A stretch of 60,366 nt of DNA, filler included. It is 6 parts of 6 records of this genome, joined end to end, with 100 filler letters (N's around TTAATTAATTAA, not from the genome) between each part and the next. Parts side by side here need not be neighbours in the genome. Positions count along the whole stretch, not along the records: positions 14,737 to 22,521 come from SRR31156797_22331; positions 22,622 to 36,232 come from SRR31156797_22334; 4 more parts are not named here. One strand, given 5' to 3'. Position numbers and translations under genes: made by a program. Each line of letters begins with the position of its first letter. Within the stretch, counting starts at the first letter, position 1. This document shows, one piece after another, positions 20,424 through 31,500 of the stretch. A model generated the notes under the pieces. It was not told the DNA's origin, did not search any database, and saw only the letters and a program-made list of their open reading frames with translations.

Positions 20424-22257
20424 GGACATACTTGCTTTTGCAGATAACATTGATGACGTTGAAGAAGTATCCGATAAAACTGAAAATGTGACATCTGCAA
20501 CCGGGGATGCAACGGAAGAATTATTTGAGGAATTTGAACCTGAGGATGCAGGCCTCCCGAGAGAGCAGAACAGCGTTTCAGATGAGGCATTTGGAATTAT
20601 CACCACCGGAATAGATCCTCTGGAGATTACCGAGGCAGGTGCAAGGATAACAGGATACATCACAACATCACACCGCCAGAAAGTGAGACTTGGTACCTAT
20701 GTTGTAGTCCCCTATGGAGATGAGGACCTGTTCGCAAGGATATGGAAACTCCAGTATCTGCAGGAGTTCGCTGTTGATGATGCCACAGAGATCCATTCCA
20801 GAAGGATGCTGCAATCCAATACCACTGATGAGGTGGATTACAAATTCCTGGCTTACCTTGACCCCACATGCATCCTTTATGAGCCAAACGGAAAAGGAAC
20901 AGGACTTTCCAGAAGGATGAGCGACAGGATACCACGGCCCAACACTCCGATACTGCCCGTTACAGACAAGAAGAAAATACAGACAGGTCTTAACATACCT
21001 GAAGAAGGTATCTTTATGGGACACCTGAGCGTTGGCGGCGAACTTGTGAGGACACATGCTGTTCCTCCAACTGTTCCATATTACCTGAGAAATGACTATT
21101 CCATGGGTGACCCCCTGATATTCAGGCACATGCTGGTCTGCGGCAGTACCGGTACCGGAAAAACTTTCCTGACCAAGAACATCCTGCGCCAGTTCATGAG
21201 CGAGGATAACCGATACAAGCTCCGTGGCTCAGAGGAGAGAAGGAATCCCTGTCTTGTGGTGATGGACCCACAGGATGAGTATTCCCAGATTTTCGAGGAT
21301 AATCCTGAGATAACAGATGACGACGACTTCAAATTCAGGGCAGAGAAGGTCAATTTTGGTGCCTGCAGAAACACGAAGACCTTTGTAGCTAAGATCGATG
21401 GCGAAGGCTACACAGGCAGGTCAAGGGCGGAGCAGATAGAGTTCACCATTCCGTTTGAGATGGTCCGCAACAACTCCTGGCTCATAGCACCGGTGGGTAT
21501 GACAGAGCTGCAATACGTAGGCATAGATGTGCTGCTTGATGATTACTTCAGGAAGGGAGTGGCAGGAGGAAAGCACACATTCCGTGGATTCACTGATTTC
21601 ATTGACGATGATATCACTAGAAACTACTACACCGAGGAGACCCACAAGATACACGAGTCATCCTATGACGGAATTGTCCGCAGGGTGAAGAACCGTGCCC
21701 TTGCAAGGGTGTTCGACCAGCCTGCAAGACCTATTTCCGAGATACTTGAGCAAATATTCAAGCCGGGACAGGTCAGCGTGTTCCCCACCGAGTACATCAC
21801 CAACACACGCATACGGGATATCATAACCCTCACTTTGATGAGCCTGATAGTTGACAACAAACTGAGCACTTCAGGGGAGGCTGCTGTGAAGGATACACCT
21901 ATCATCCTGGGACTTGATGAGGCACACCGTTATCTTGCAAAGGCAGGTGGAGAGCATTCAAGAAGGCTCATCTCCAAGTTTGCCGATGCTGCACGTCAGG
22001 GAAGAAAGGAAGGCCTGGGACTTTTCCTGATTACACAGGACCCGCAGGACATCGATGACACGGTCTTCAAGCAGATCAACACGCGAATAATCCTCAATCT
22101 CAGCAACGATGCTGCCATCGGTACCATGAAGGTCAAAAAAGAATTCGAGAAGCGTATTCCATATTTGAAGAAAGGACAGATGATAGTGCAGAGCCCTGAT
22201 AACAGTGATATGGTTGAGATTATGGGACTTTCACGATGTGTTGTGAAGCATGTTTGA
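20404..22257 (+). CDS. herA: HerA/FtsK-family ATPase
   Basis: HAS-barrel-like N-terminus, Walker A GSTGTGKT, MDPQDEY, Walker B LDEAHRY, RQGRKEG, ITQDP. Confidence 0.85.
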   Translation: MRKMRDEDILAFADNIDDVEEVSDKTENVTSATGDATEELFEEFEPEDAGLPREQNSVSDEAFGIITTGIDPLEITEAGARITGYITTSHRQKVRLGTYVVVPYGDEDLFARIWKLQYLQEFAVDDATEIHSRRMLQSNTTDEVDYKFLAYLDPTCILYEPNGKGTGLSRRMSDRIPRPNTPILPVTDKKKIQTGLNIPEEGIFMGHLSVGGELVRTHAVPPTVPYYLRNDYSMGDPLIFRHMLVCGSTGTGKTFLTKNILRQFMSEDNRYKLRGSEERRNPCLVVMDPQDEYSQIFEDNPEITDDDDFKFRAEKVNFGACRNTKTFVAKIDGEGYTGRSRAEQIEFTIPFEMVRNNSWLIAPVGMTELQYVGIDVLLDDYFRKGVAGGKHTFRGFTDFIDDDITRNYYTEETHKIHESSYDGIVRRVKNRALARVFDQPARPISEILEQIFKPGQVSVFPTEYITNTRIRDIITLTLMSLIVDNKLSTSGEAAVKDTPIILGLDEAHRYLAKAGGEHSRRLISKFADAARQGRKEGLGLFLITQDPQDIDDTVFKQINTRIILNLSNDAAIGTMKVKKEFEKRIPYLKKGQMIVQSPDNSDMVEIMGLSRCVVKHV

Positions 22258-22279
22258 AATTATTGATTGGTTTTTTCAG

Positions 22280-22521
22280 GACTCTGTAGAAATCGTGTAA
22301 ATCCCAACTTTCAACGCAGCAATTTTCAATTACTGCATAATTCAGATATTTTCAGGAAGGAAGGGAACGTGCCGCCTGCAGCGGGTGGTCGTACTGTTCT
22401 CTGTATTCAAATGATCTTTTGCAGAACTATCATAAGCACAAGTTTACGGAGGAAAATAGTTTTGCTAGCTGGAATTAATGAATTACTAAATCATCCCGAA
22501 GGGTCCGGCGAAGCCGGCGCG
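22280..22521 (-). mobile_element. MITE-like element, copy B (truncated at contig end)
   Basis: GACTCTGTAGAAAT end; CCGCCTGCAGCGG and CCCGAAGGGTCCGGCGAAGCCGGC cores. Confidence 0.8.
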
Positions 22522-22621
22522 NNNNNNNNNNNNNNNNNNNNNNNNNNNNNNNNNNNNNNNNNNNNTTAATTAATTAANNNNNNNNNNNNNNNNNNNNNNN
22601 NNNNNNNNNNNNNNNNNNNNN
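22522..22621. other. Artificial contig spacer
   Basis: N-run with TTAATTAATTAA. Confidence 0.99.
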
Positions 22622-23353
22622 GAAGTACTTGACTTCGTAGTTACCCTCGGGGTGATGTTGCTGGCCCTGGCTATCATTGGGGTTGCAGGCTATCCTATGC
22701 TTGAACACATGCAGGAAAGAGGACATCTTGAAAATGTGGAACAGAGCTTTTCAGTCCTGAAACCGAACATGAATAAAGTGGTTTACGGCAAGGCACCTTC
22801 ACAGTCCGTGGAACTAAAAATGTACAGTGGTACCATCAGAATTACAGGGGACAGCTCCATTAATGTCAGCATTCAGACATGGAATGAATCAACATCATCT
22901 GTAGAAACGATCACCGTTATAAGAAGTTTGAGGAAAATTGAGAATGAATTTGAAGACACGTCCATAGCCTACGAAAATACAGGAGCATGGGCAAAATATC
23001 CTCTTGGAGACGCCATAGCCATCTCAGAACCTGATTTTAGCTATGATCAGAACACACTTTTAATACCAATGGTTCCGATCGCCGGATCTGAAGGAATTTC
23101 GGGGTCCGGGCTTGTGAGAGTAATATTTGAAAGCGGACAGTTGTCGGTTGAAAGGATCGAGAACGTATCACAGGTAAGCATTATCGTGAAAAGTGAATAT
23201 CATACCGGATGGCAACGTTTCCTGAACGAGTCAATAGGTATGCAGATAACAGATGTCGATGCAGTCAATGATACATTCACTGCAAGTAGAAATTATAATC
23301 CAAACATCGATGTTGTCATCCCCATTGCACCTATTACCGCATCATTAGAATAA
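22622..23353 (+). CDS. Archaeal pilin-like protein, 5'-truncated (paralog of 27325-28059)
   Basis: Open from the contig edge (EVLDFVVTLGV...AGYP); shares GYP...EQSF.VL, YE..G.W..YP, I.I.S.Y..W...L with its paralogs. Confidence 0.75.
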   Translation, partial: EVLDFVVTLGVMLLALAIIGVAGYPMLEHMQERGHLENVEQSFSVLKPNMNKVVYGKAPSQSVELKMYSGTIRITGDSSINVSIQTWNESTSSVETITVIRSLRKIENEFEDTSIAYENTGAWAKYPLGDAIAISEPDFSYDQNTLLIPMVPIAGSEGISGSGLVRVIFESGQLSVERIENVSQVSIIVKSEYHTGWQRFLNESIGMQITDVDAVNDTFTASRNYNPNIDVVIPIAPITASLE

Positions 23354-23369
23354 AAAAGAGTGATGATAT

Positions 23370-24881
23370 ATGAAAAAACTGCTTGAATCCGAAAATGGTG
23401 TTTCTGCTGTAGTCGGAATGATCATTATCCTTGCACTTACAATTACGTCCATAAGTGTAATACTGCTTTATGCACTGCCCACCCTCGATGATATGGAGGA
23501 CATGGCGAACGCCCAGGGGGTTGAGCAGGCTTTCACAGTGTTCGACTCCAGGACAAGCAAAGTAGCTCTGGGGGAATCGCCGAGCCAGAAAACATCATTT
23601 TCCGTCAGTGATGGAACTATTGAAGTAAATGGGGATAACAGCTCCTACGATGAAAGTAAGATCGTTGTTGTCTGTGTAAACACAAGTGCCAGCTGGTACA
23701 GCAGTTTTGAAGGAAACAGGAACAATTGGGAAGCATGGAAACCATACCTTGGTCAACCAGGGATGACCGAATTCAACGCTTCCATGGGAAGTATCACCTA
23801 CACCAAAGACGATCGTGTCATTGGTTATGAAGGAGGAGGTATATGGTCAAAGTATCCCAGTGGCACTGCGGTTATGATATCCCCCCCTGAACTCCACTAC
23901 AATGGAGAAACTGTCACCCTGCCCATAATGGCAATAACCGGGACTCAGATATCCAGCGGGACAACTGATGTGGATGTGACGGTCAGTTCCAGTAATATGC
24001 CATCTGTACTGTACCCTGATCCTTCGACAGATTCGAGCATGATAAACCCTGTTGCTTCGGATAAAGTACTTATTTACATCAAAAGCGAGTTCTACAACGC
24101 CTGGGCCGACTATGCAGGAACGCTTACTTCCACCAGTACTGCCCTTGATCACGAGAACAAGACAGCTATCGTCGAACTGGATACTATATCTGATATGGGG
24201 GAATTCCCCCTGGCACATTCATTCAGGATCTCCGGCCTGAACGACAGCAATCCCTTACCAATATACAATTTTTCATTTTATTTTTATGTTGAAGGAGATT
24301 CAAGTTTCTTTAAATCTTCAGGAATGATCATGACTGCTACTTCGGGAACTAAAGAGCTTGTATATAGCTTCTCCAAGATAAATCCTGGCGGCCATATAAT
24401 ACTGGACAGGGCTCCAGGTGTACCAGAGTCTAGTTATGCGATCGAATATACCGATAGCTCAGCAGGGATAACTGAAATATGGGAAACAGATTCCGGCAGT
24501 TATTTTACCGTTAATTCATCCGGCACTGGTAAGAATGCACATGCAGAAAGTACTGTTGACCTCCTCAGTGATACATACCTGATGGATTACGACAGCAGTG
24601 GTCAAGCCACTTCGTGGGGTTCTGCTAGCGCCTCATCGACCACTCCAGATCTGTATATTGTAAAAGGCAATGCTAACAGCACACAGTCAATAAACAACAT
24701 CACCCAGCACTATATGAGACTCCTGGCACAGGACGGTGCTATAGAATATAACTGGGACCAAAAGAAAAACGATAAAATTGAAATGGACAAATCCTCATAC
24801 ACATTGGAGTATGATAGTGGAGGAGCAATTTTGACATACCTCCACGTAAGCAGAAATGACCTTTCAGCTACCTTAAATTAG
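23370..24881 (+). CDS. Large archaeal pilin-like protein with inserted domain
   Basis: Class III-like signal MKKLLESENG/VSAVVG plus hydrophobic helix; EQAF, YEGGGIW..YP, SEFY.AW motifs; many N-X-S/T sequons. Confidence 0.75.
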   Translation: MKKLLESENGVSAVVGMIIILALTITSISVILLYALPTLDDMEDMANAQGVEQAFTVFDSRTSKVALGESPSQKTSFSVSDGTIEVNGDNSSYDESKIVVVCVNTSASWYSSFEGNRNNWEAWKPYLGQPGMTEFNASMGSITYTKDDRVIGYEGGGIWSKYPSGTAVMISPPELHYNGETVTLPIMAITGTQISSGTTDVDVTVSSSNMPSVLYPDPSTDSSMINPVASDKVLIYIKSEFYNAWADYAGTLTSTSTALDHENKTAIVELDTISDMGEFPLAHSFRISGLNDSNPLPIYNFSFYFYVEGDSSFFKSSGMIMTATSGTKELVYSFSKINPGGHIILDRAPGVPESSYAIEYTDSSAGITEIWETDSGSYFTVNSSGTGKNAHAESTVDLLSDTYLMDYDSSGQATSWGSASASSTTPDLYIVKGNANSTQSINNITQHYMRLLAQDGAIEYNWDQKKNDKIEMDKSSYTLEYDSGGAILTYLHVSRNDLSATLN

Positions 24882-24956
24882 CTTTTGAACAATAGTTGCA
24901 CAATCTGTTTATTGTGATATTGCGCAAATTTTTTTTCATGCAGCCATCAAATTTTA

Positions 24957-24965
24957 TTTATATTA
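24957..24965 (+). promoter_or_regulatory. TATA box of pilin cassette 1 (probably leaderless transcript)
   Basis: TTTATATTA starting 30 nt before ATG 24987; same motif and spacing at 34329. Confidence 0.6.
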
Positions 24966-24986
24966 TCCGGTTAATATATCAACAGA

Positions 24987-25943
24987 ATGAATAACGACGA
25001 GGGACAAATTGCAATTGACTTTCTGCTGGGAATTTCCCTGGTACTAATTGCCCTTTCTTTTACAATGCAGTTTATCCCCGGAATGTTTGCAACCGGCACA
25101 ACAGGAGAAAGCAGCCTTGACTATACAGCGTACCGCACAGCTGCAATCCTTACTGAAGACACCGGCTGGTGGGAGAACAGTACATTAAACGGAACAGACT
25201 GGGAATCACATCCTGCTGAAATGATGAGGATTGGACTGGCAGTTGATGATGAAGCCGGTACAAGGCTTACCAATAAACCCAACCTGATAGCAAAGAGCAA
25301 GATCGAACGTTTCATGATGGTAAATGAAAGCATTTTTACCGAGATACTCGGCTTGTACAAGAACGTTGAAGGAAGTCACTTTGCCTATGGGTACAATATA
25401 TCCATAATCAGGAATGGAAAACCAATTTTCCTGAATAACACAACAATCGTTCGTGGAATAATTGTCCCTGAAAATACTGAAATTGCAAAAATTACACGCC
25501 TCATACTTGTAGAGAACGGTACAACTGCTGTTTTTACAGGGGACGAGCTAAGCGGAATATCTTCTTCAAAAGCATCAATCAATGTGACAGGACCGTTTGA
25601 TGAGAACATAAGCATACAGATGAGGGACCTTAATATAAGCGGTTCAAATCCTGTATTTTTAAATGCCAGTATCAACGGAACCTTACTGGCACAACCATCA
25701 AACTATACTGTTCACCTGCTGGAAGGATGGGACATGTCAACACACAGCGGAACCCTGAACAGCGGAGAAGTGCTGTGCCTGAACTTTGATTATAATATTT
25801 TCAGTATGAACACTACCTACAGAATTGATCTGGAATTTAACAACGTGACATTCAACAATTCGGGAATATCCCCCACGAGCTATAACGACCGAAGCAATAC
25901 ACACTATGAACCATCCCGACTGGTAGTGGAGGTCTGGAGATGA
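24987..25943 (+). CDS. Archaeal pilin-like protein, cassette gene A
   Basis: MNNDEG/QIAIDFLLG class III-like signal; paralog of 34359-35339; ends VVEVWR. Confidence 0.75.
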   Translation: MNNDEGQIAIDFLLGISLVLIALSFTMQFIPGMFATGTTGESSLDYTAYRTAAILTEDTGWWENSTLNGTDWESHPAEMMRIGLAVDDEAGTRLTNKPNLIAKSKIERFMMVNESIFTEILGLYKNVEGSHFAYGYNISIIRNGKPIFLNNTTIVRGIIVPENTEIAKITRLILVENGTTAVFTGDELSGISSSKASINVTGPFDENISIQMRDLNISGSNPVFLNASINGTLLAQPSNYTVHLLEGWDMSTHSGTLNSGEVLCLNFDYNIFSMNTTYRIDLEFNNVTFNNSGISPTSYNDRSNTHYEPSRLVVEVWR

Positions 25944-26452
25944 ATGACAAAGCACAGCTACACACCCTTGAAGGCTTGGGCGCAGCAGTATTGATTACTT
26001 TTACCGTGCTGGCAATTACCCAAAACACCATGATGGTCACTCCACAGAACGAGCTAACAGTAAACGTTCAACTGGAGCAGATGAACTGTGACGCACTGGC
26101 ACTTCTTGATTCAGCTGACCAGGAATCAGTCCAGCATAACCTTACAGATTGTATTGCAAGCTGGAACATGAATGAAACAACTTATCCAACAGGGAATCTC
26201 CAGAATCTTGACGATGCACTTTCATACCTGTTGCCTGATGTGATGTACAATGTTGAGCTCGCGTATTTTAAGGACGGAAATCTCAATGTCAAAAATGTGA
26301 TTGTTAACGGCCCTCCCGGAGACAATGCCGTTGTATGCAGACGTTTTGTCACATTGACAAATGATACAGTACAGAACACAGGTGGAGGATGGAACCTGAC
26401 TGATAATGAACTAAGGGTAATTGAAGTGAGGATGACAACATGGATGATCTGA
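25940..26452 (+). CDS. Archaeal pilin-like protein, cassette gene B
   Basis: MNDKA/QLHTLEG signal; ATGA overlap; paralog of 35336-35851; ends EVRMTTW. Confidence 0.75.
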   Translation: MNDKAQLHTLEGLGAAVLITFTVLAITQNTMMVTPQNELTVNVQLEQMNCDALALLDSADQESVQHNLTDCIASWNMNETTYPTGNLQNLDDALSYLLPDVMYNVELAYFKDGNLNVKNVIVNGPPGDNAVVCRRFVTLTNDTVQNTGGGWNLTDNELRVIEVRMTTWMI

Positions 26453-26904
26453 AGAAAGATACGAACGCGCAATGGATTGCCCTCTCCGGCCTGGCCATAT
26501 CACTTATACTTATCAGCCTTGCAACACTGGCAAACCAGGCAGTAATTGCAGGATACCATTCGTCCAACGCAGCCCTGGAATTTCCGAAAGAGAACATACG
26601 TGAATTAAATTCCCATACAAGAGATAATGCGAAAATAATCAAAGACCTCTCTATCGAGCTTAATAAAACCAATAACGATACAATACCTGTCATCTATGAG
26701 AGTCTGTTTGATAATTATACAATACAGATGAGAGGATTCTATGCACTGCACGGAGAAACCGTTGACCTGTCACTGGTTTCACTTAATTCATCAGATAGTA
26801 GTTTTAACCATAGCAGTTTTGACATGGTATTTGTAAACATCTCATATGATGACGGAACTGTTTCGTACATATCAGATCCTGAAATAATCGAGGTGGAAAC
26901 ATGA
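26440..26904 (+). CDS. Archaeal pilin-like protein, cassette gene C
   Basis: DTNA/QWIALSG signal plus hydrophobic helix; paralog of 35839-36232. Confidence 0.7.
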   Translation: MDDLKKDTNAQWIALSGLAISLILISLATLANQAVIAGYHSSNAALEFPKENIRELNSHTRDNAKIIKDLSIELNKTNNDTIPVIYESLFDNYTIQMRGFYALHGETVDLSLVSLNSSDSSFNHSSFDMVFVNISYDDGTVSYISDPEIIEVET

Positions 26905-27341
26905 AAAAACTGATTGCTGATCAGGAAGCTGTTTCGCTTCTTTTTGAATACATACTATTCTCCCTTATATGCATTGGATTTTTCATGACAGTGAGCATCA
27001 ATTCCAATGATCTCTTTATCCAGACACCAAATGAAGTTGTCATGGAGGATGAGATGAGTGATGTAGGGAACATGATGAGTACAATGATAACCGACATGTA
27101 CCTGATTCTCCCTGCAAACGGCGAAATTGAGATCGAATACAGGATTCCGGAGAAAGTTGGAACAGAGACTTACGTGGTAGATGCAGATGTCGCATACACA
27201 GACCAGATCATAGAAGTGATCTCATATTCCGGAAAGAAAGTAAGAATTACGATAGGCGGAATTGCAACGACAATGCCCATCAACGGTACTGCATCAAGCA
27301 GTTCTACATTCCATATGATCAGCTATGACTCAAGAAGATAG
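26901..27341 (+). CDS. Archaeal pilin-like protein, cassette gene D
   Basis: DQEA/VSLLFEY signal plus hydrophobic helix; ATGA overlap. Confidence 0.7.
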   Translation: MKKLIADQEAVSLLFEYILFSLICIGFFMTVSINSNDLFIQTPNEVVMEDEMSDVGNMMSTMITDMYLILPANGEIEIEYRIPEKVGTETYVVDADVAYTDQIIEVISYSGKKVRITIGGIATTMPINGTASSSSTFHMISYDSRR

Positions 27342-28059
27342 AGCAAATGCCGCAGTTTCCGGAACACTTGGATACATCCTTTTGTTTGCATTTGTGACCC
27401 TGTCAGTGAGTGTCATCTATATGGTCGGATACCCTGCATTAAAAACAAACATGGAAGCAAATGTTTTTGAAGGTGCAGAACAGAGCTTTATCGTCCTCCA
27501 GAGTGACCTGGAGATGGTGGCTTTTGAACAGGTACCCCTAAAAGTGCTAAAGATGAAGCTTCAGGGATCTTCTATTTCAGTAAGCAACGAATCATCAATG
27601 CTAATAACTTATGACGGAAATCCCCCCCTGTATATTCCCACGGGAGAAATCGTTTTTGAATTGAACAATGACAAAGTCATTTACCAGGCAGGCGGAGTCT
27701 TCAAAGTATATTCCCCTAATGCAGATGTACTGATATCAAAACCACCTTTGTATGTGTCAGATGATAGTGATGTTACAACTACAACTTTGGGGATTGTTTC
27801 ATTGAAAGGAAATGATTTTGCGGCAGGCAGAGGAATCGCAACGCTCAATCTTCGCCACAATTCAAGTACCATGAATATGAGTTCCTCAGCAACGAATATT
27901 ACACTGCAGGTGAACAGCCAGTACAGTTCAGAATGGGAAAAACACCTTGAAAACATAGGATTCTCAATTACCAACATCACATCTTCAAATGTCACTGCCC
28001 AGAAGAACGATACAATGCTGATTCTCAGTATGCATGAAGTCGATGTTGATATTACCTGA
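27325..28059 (+). CDS. Archaeal pilin-like protein, cassette gene E
   Basis: ANAA/VSGTLGYILL signal; GYP...EQSF, YQAGGVF, SQY..EW motifs shared with the 22622 and 23370 genes. Confidence 0.75.
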   Translation: MTQEDRANAAVSGTLGYILLFAFVTLSVSVIYMVGYPALKTNMEANVFEGAEQSFIVLQSDLEMVAFEQVPLKVLKMKLQGSSISVSNESSMLITYDGNPPLYIPTGEIVFELNNDKVIYQAGGVFKVYSPNADVLISKPPLYVSDDSDVTTTTLGIVSLKGNDFAAGRGIATLNLRHNSSTMNMSSSATNITLQVNSQYSSEWEKHLENIGFSITNITSSNVTAQKNDTMLILSMHEVDVDIT

Positions 28060-28072
28060 ATCGGAAATGTTA

Positions 28073-28472
28073 GGCTCTGTGGAAGTCTTCATTTACATGG
28101 CTCATGTGATCGTCATGCCTGTAATATTAGCGGACTACCATTTTATGGGATTTTTCGCGACTATTAATTACCGGCATTCAGAAAAGAGTTGAAAGCAACA
28201 GATTATTATATTTATTTTTTCGGTTCGTGCCGGCTTCGCCGGGACCCTCCGGGTTCGTTAAAGTTATTCTTGCCTTCCGGTAAGCAAAATAATTGCTCAC
28301 TACATCCTTGTGTTTCTGAGAGTTCTAAGAAAATAGTTGATGAACAAAGAACAAGGTAACCATCCGCCGTCGGCGGCGCAGTCCTTTGCGACCATTCTGA
28401 AGACTGCTAAAATACTGTCGTTGTTTAAAATTGCTGTGTTCAAAGTTGAAACTAGCACTTTTTATACAGAGC
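28073..28472 (+). mobile_element. MITE-like element, copy C (~400 bp, long form)
   Basis: GGCTCTGTGGAAG...TATACAGAGC ends; GAAAGCAACAGATTAT, GTGCCGGCTTCGCCGGGACCC and CCGCCGTCGGCGG cores. Confidence 0.8.
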
Positions 28473-28550
28473 AGAATTTAGGAAAATACAAACTATCTGC
28501 TTAAACCTGAACAGGGAGAACAACATATCCCCATACAGGTATTTTCCCTT

Positions 28551-31500
28551 TTAACAAATACTTATTGTACCCTTAGGCCTGACAAATATTGTTTCTTCAG
28601 ATACCAGAACATCACTTACATTGTTTACATTATACGCATATGCAGTAATAGACGCTTTTCCGGCGGCAATACTTGAGAATTCCACAGTATCCGAGCCTAC
28701 AACTGTCACATTTATTGGATTCTCATGATTTCCGAAATATCCTATACTGCTGTATAAATGGACGTATGCAAAGCTTGAGTTGCCCATTATATCCGAAAGT
28801 GTCAGCCCGATATTAGTCTTACCGGCTATTGGCATAACAGTCCTGTCTGGGCTTAGAGCCAGATTTCCAAGCGAATATGAAAGAACACCTGCTCCGCCAC
28901 CACCACCCAGGCTTGCACTACCTCCACTTGGAACATAGACTGTTATATTCTCGCCACTAAGATCAGTATATGTGACTGTTGATGTCGGCATTATTATCGG
29001 CACGTAGCCTGCACCGTCAATACGCATCTGGTACCATATTCCCCATTTGTCACCTGCACCCATGTTGGGAAGCTGCCATTCAAGTATGGAAGCATTTCCT
29101 GATGTATTGATATCAGGCTCAGCGTTTCCAAGAGCCGGATCTGTTGGCTCGTTGAACACAGTGAGATTTCCGGTGGTTGAATTACTGCTGTTAGTAATAT
29201 ACGTTGCCTTTGCGACGGACAATGAGGTAATATAATTGTAAGGGATGTGTAAATCCAGCACCGGTCCGTCGGCTGAGAAGTTGGTGATTTGAGATGCAAT
29301 ACCTATGAAAATATCCTCAAGAACACTGGAATTTGGAGCAAAGTAGTATTCACCGCCTGTGATATTTGCTATTTCCTCAAGCATTGGGTCTACTTCAGAT
29401 TCGTTGCTTCCAAAGCCCACTGTATATATGACTGTATTGTTATCCTTTGCATTGTATGCTTCCTGCAAAAGGGAATGATATCCTGAATTATCCATACCAT
29501 CTGTCATAATTACAATGGTGGAGTTACCTTCAACTGAAGACAGCTCGTTATTAGCTACATACAGGCCTTCATCAATAGCAGTAAGTCCATCTGCAGTTAT
29601 AGTGTCAATGGCATTTTCCAGATGGGAGAGAGAATCATTTTCCATTGTTGATGTCACGCTTGCTGTCCATTCATTCCATAAGACAGGAGTACTTGTTGCA
29701 GAACTGTTTGCATCGCTAAATATCATGTCAAAGCATTCATAGTACCTTGTTGAAGACGTCTCTACTTCAGTAACAATGCTCCACAAGGAACCATCCCACA
29801 ACTGGATGTTGATATCACTATTACCATCAGACGTCATAAGGAAAATATTATCTGAATCAGGATCGGGGCTTAGCTTAACCCAACGTGTGTAACCGCTGCC
29901 ACCAAGGTCCGAAGCAGTGGAAGCGGAACTAAAGGAGCTGCCGTTCCATGTACAGTAATTCGGAATTGAATTACTCTCACCCCATACTACCAGGCCATCA
30001 CCGCTTGACTGTTCAAATGCAATGTCAACAGACCTCCTGCTATATTCATAAACACTGGTTTCTATTTCCTCAGGTGTTCCCCATGAACTACCATCCCATG
30101 AGTTCACATGGATATCGTAGTCCCTGTCCAGTGCTGCAAAAAGTATGTCGTCAGAGTAGGGGTCAGCTTCCATCTTTATCCAGTAAACACGTTCGTCAGG
30201 AGTGTACATCGTTGTTGAAGAAGCCCAGGAACTGCCGTCCCATATTTTGTACATTACTTCGCCTGTACCCATATCTGCCCATGAAACTATTGCCCTTCCA
30301 GTACCCTGTTCATAAGCAACATCAAAACACTGGTAACCTGTTGCTCTTGCATCATTTGTGATGAAAATTGTATTTCCCCAGGAAGAACCATCCCAGACCT
30401 GCGCGCGCATGTCCCTCTGGTCATCCAGTGTAACCAGGACCATTTCATCGGAATCCGGGCTTGTTTCCAGCAGGACCCATCTGACATCTCCTGCTCCCGG
30501 ACTGCTGGAATCTACTGCATTGTCACTACTCCAGGAACTGCCATCCCATACACGGTATCTTGGAACCCCGTCGTTAATTCCCATATCCATGTAAGCTATC
30601 ACAGCATCTCCGGAAGCCTGTTCATATTTTATGTCAAAGCCTCTGGTGCCATATGAATCAAGACTGCCTGTAAACTGGCTTACACTGCCCCAGGAAGAGC
30701 CATCCCATATCTGGACATTTACGTCATAATTGCTGTCCGAAGTAGCCATAATGATCTCTGAATCAAATGGATTTGATTCAAGAACGACATGATACGGACT
30801 TCCACCTACATAATTAGCTGAATCTTCATCTGACCATTCAATGCCATTCCAAGTTCGCAACTTAGGAGTACCGCCACCACCACTGCTATCATAGTATGCG
30901 GTCATGACAGTATCAATCTCAGATGTGAAAGCATTAATAGTGAATTGTGTGTCATTGCCTGAGCTGGAGCCTTTTACCACATTAAGATAGTAGGTTTCAT
31001 CAGCCAAAAGAGTGTACGATACTTCACATAATCCGGTTCCATTTGAAGAAGAAACAACATCAATACCATCATAAAGATAAACGTCCATGAAAGATGTGTC
31101 ATTCCATGAAACATTAAATGTATAGTAGCCATCGCTTTGAGTAGTAAAATAACCCACCCAGGTACTGTTGTCCAGAAGATAGCTTGTCTGGCTGTCACTC
31201 AAAATAACATCTTCGAAACTGTATAGTGCAAGACCCGCTTTATCGCCCCCGCTTTCATCAAAGCTTGAGATAAATGCATGGGAAGAAACTTGCACGGCAC
31301 TTTTCTTATCAATGTATGTTGTAATATCAAAATCTGCTGATCCTGTTCCCGAGCCAGTTATTTTCACTGTCCAGTTCCCTGTTTCTACACTGTCAGTATC
31401 ATTATCAGGATAAAGATACGATAAAGGCTGAATCCATACATACTCTGAAGTATTGCCCGGATAGTATCCTGTAGTGTTGTTATTCAGGCCATAGACATCT

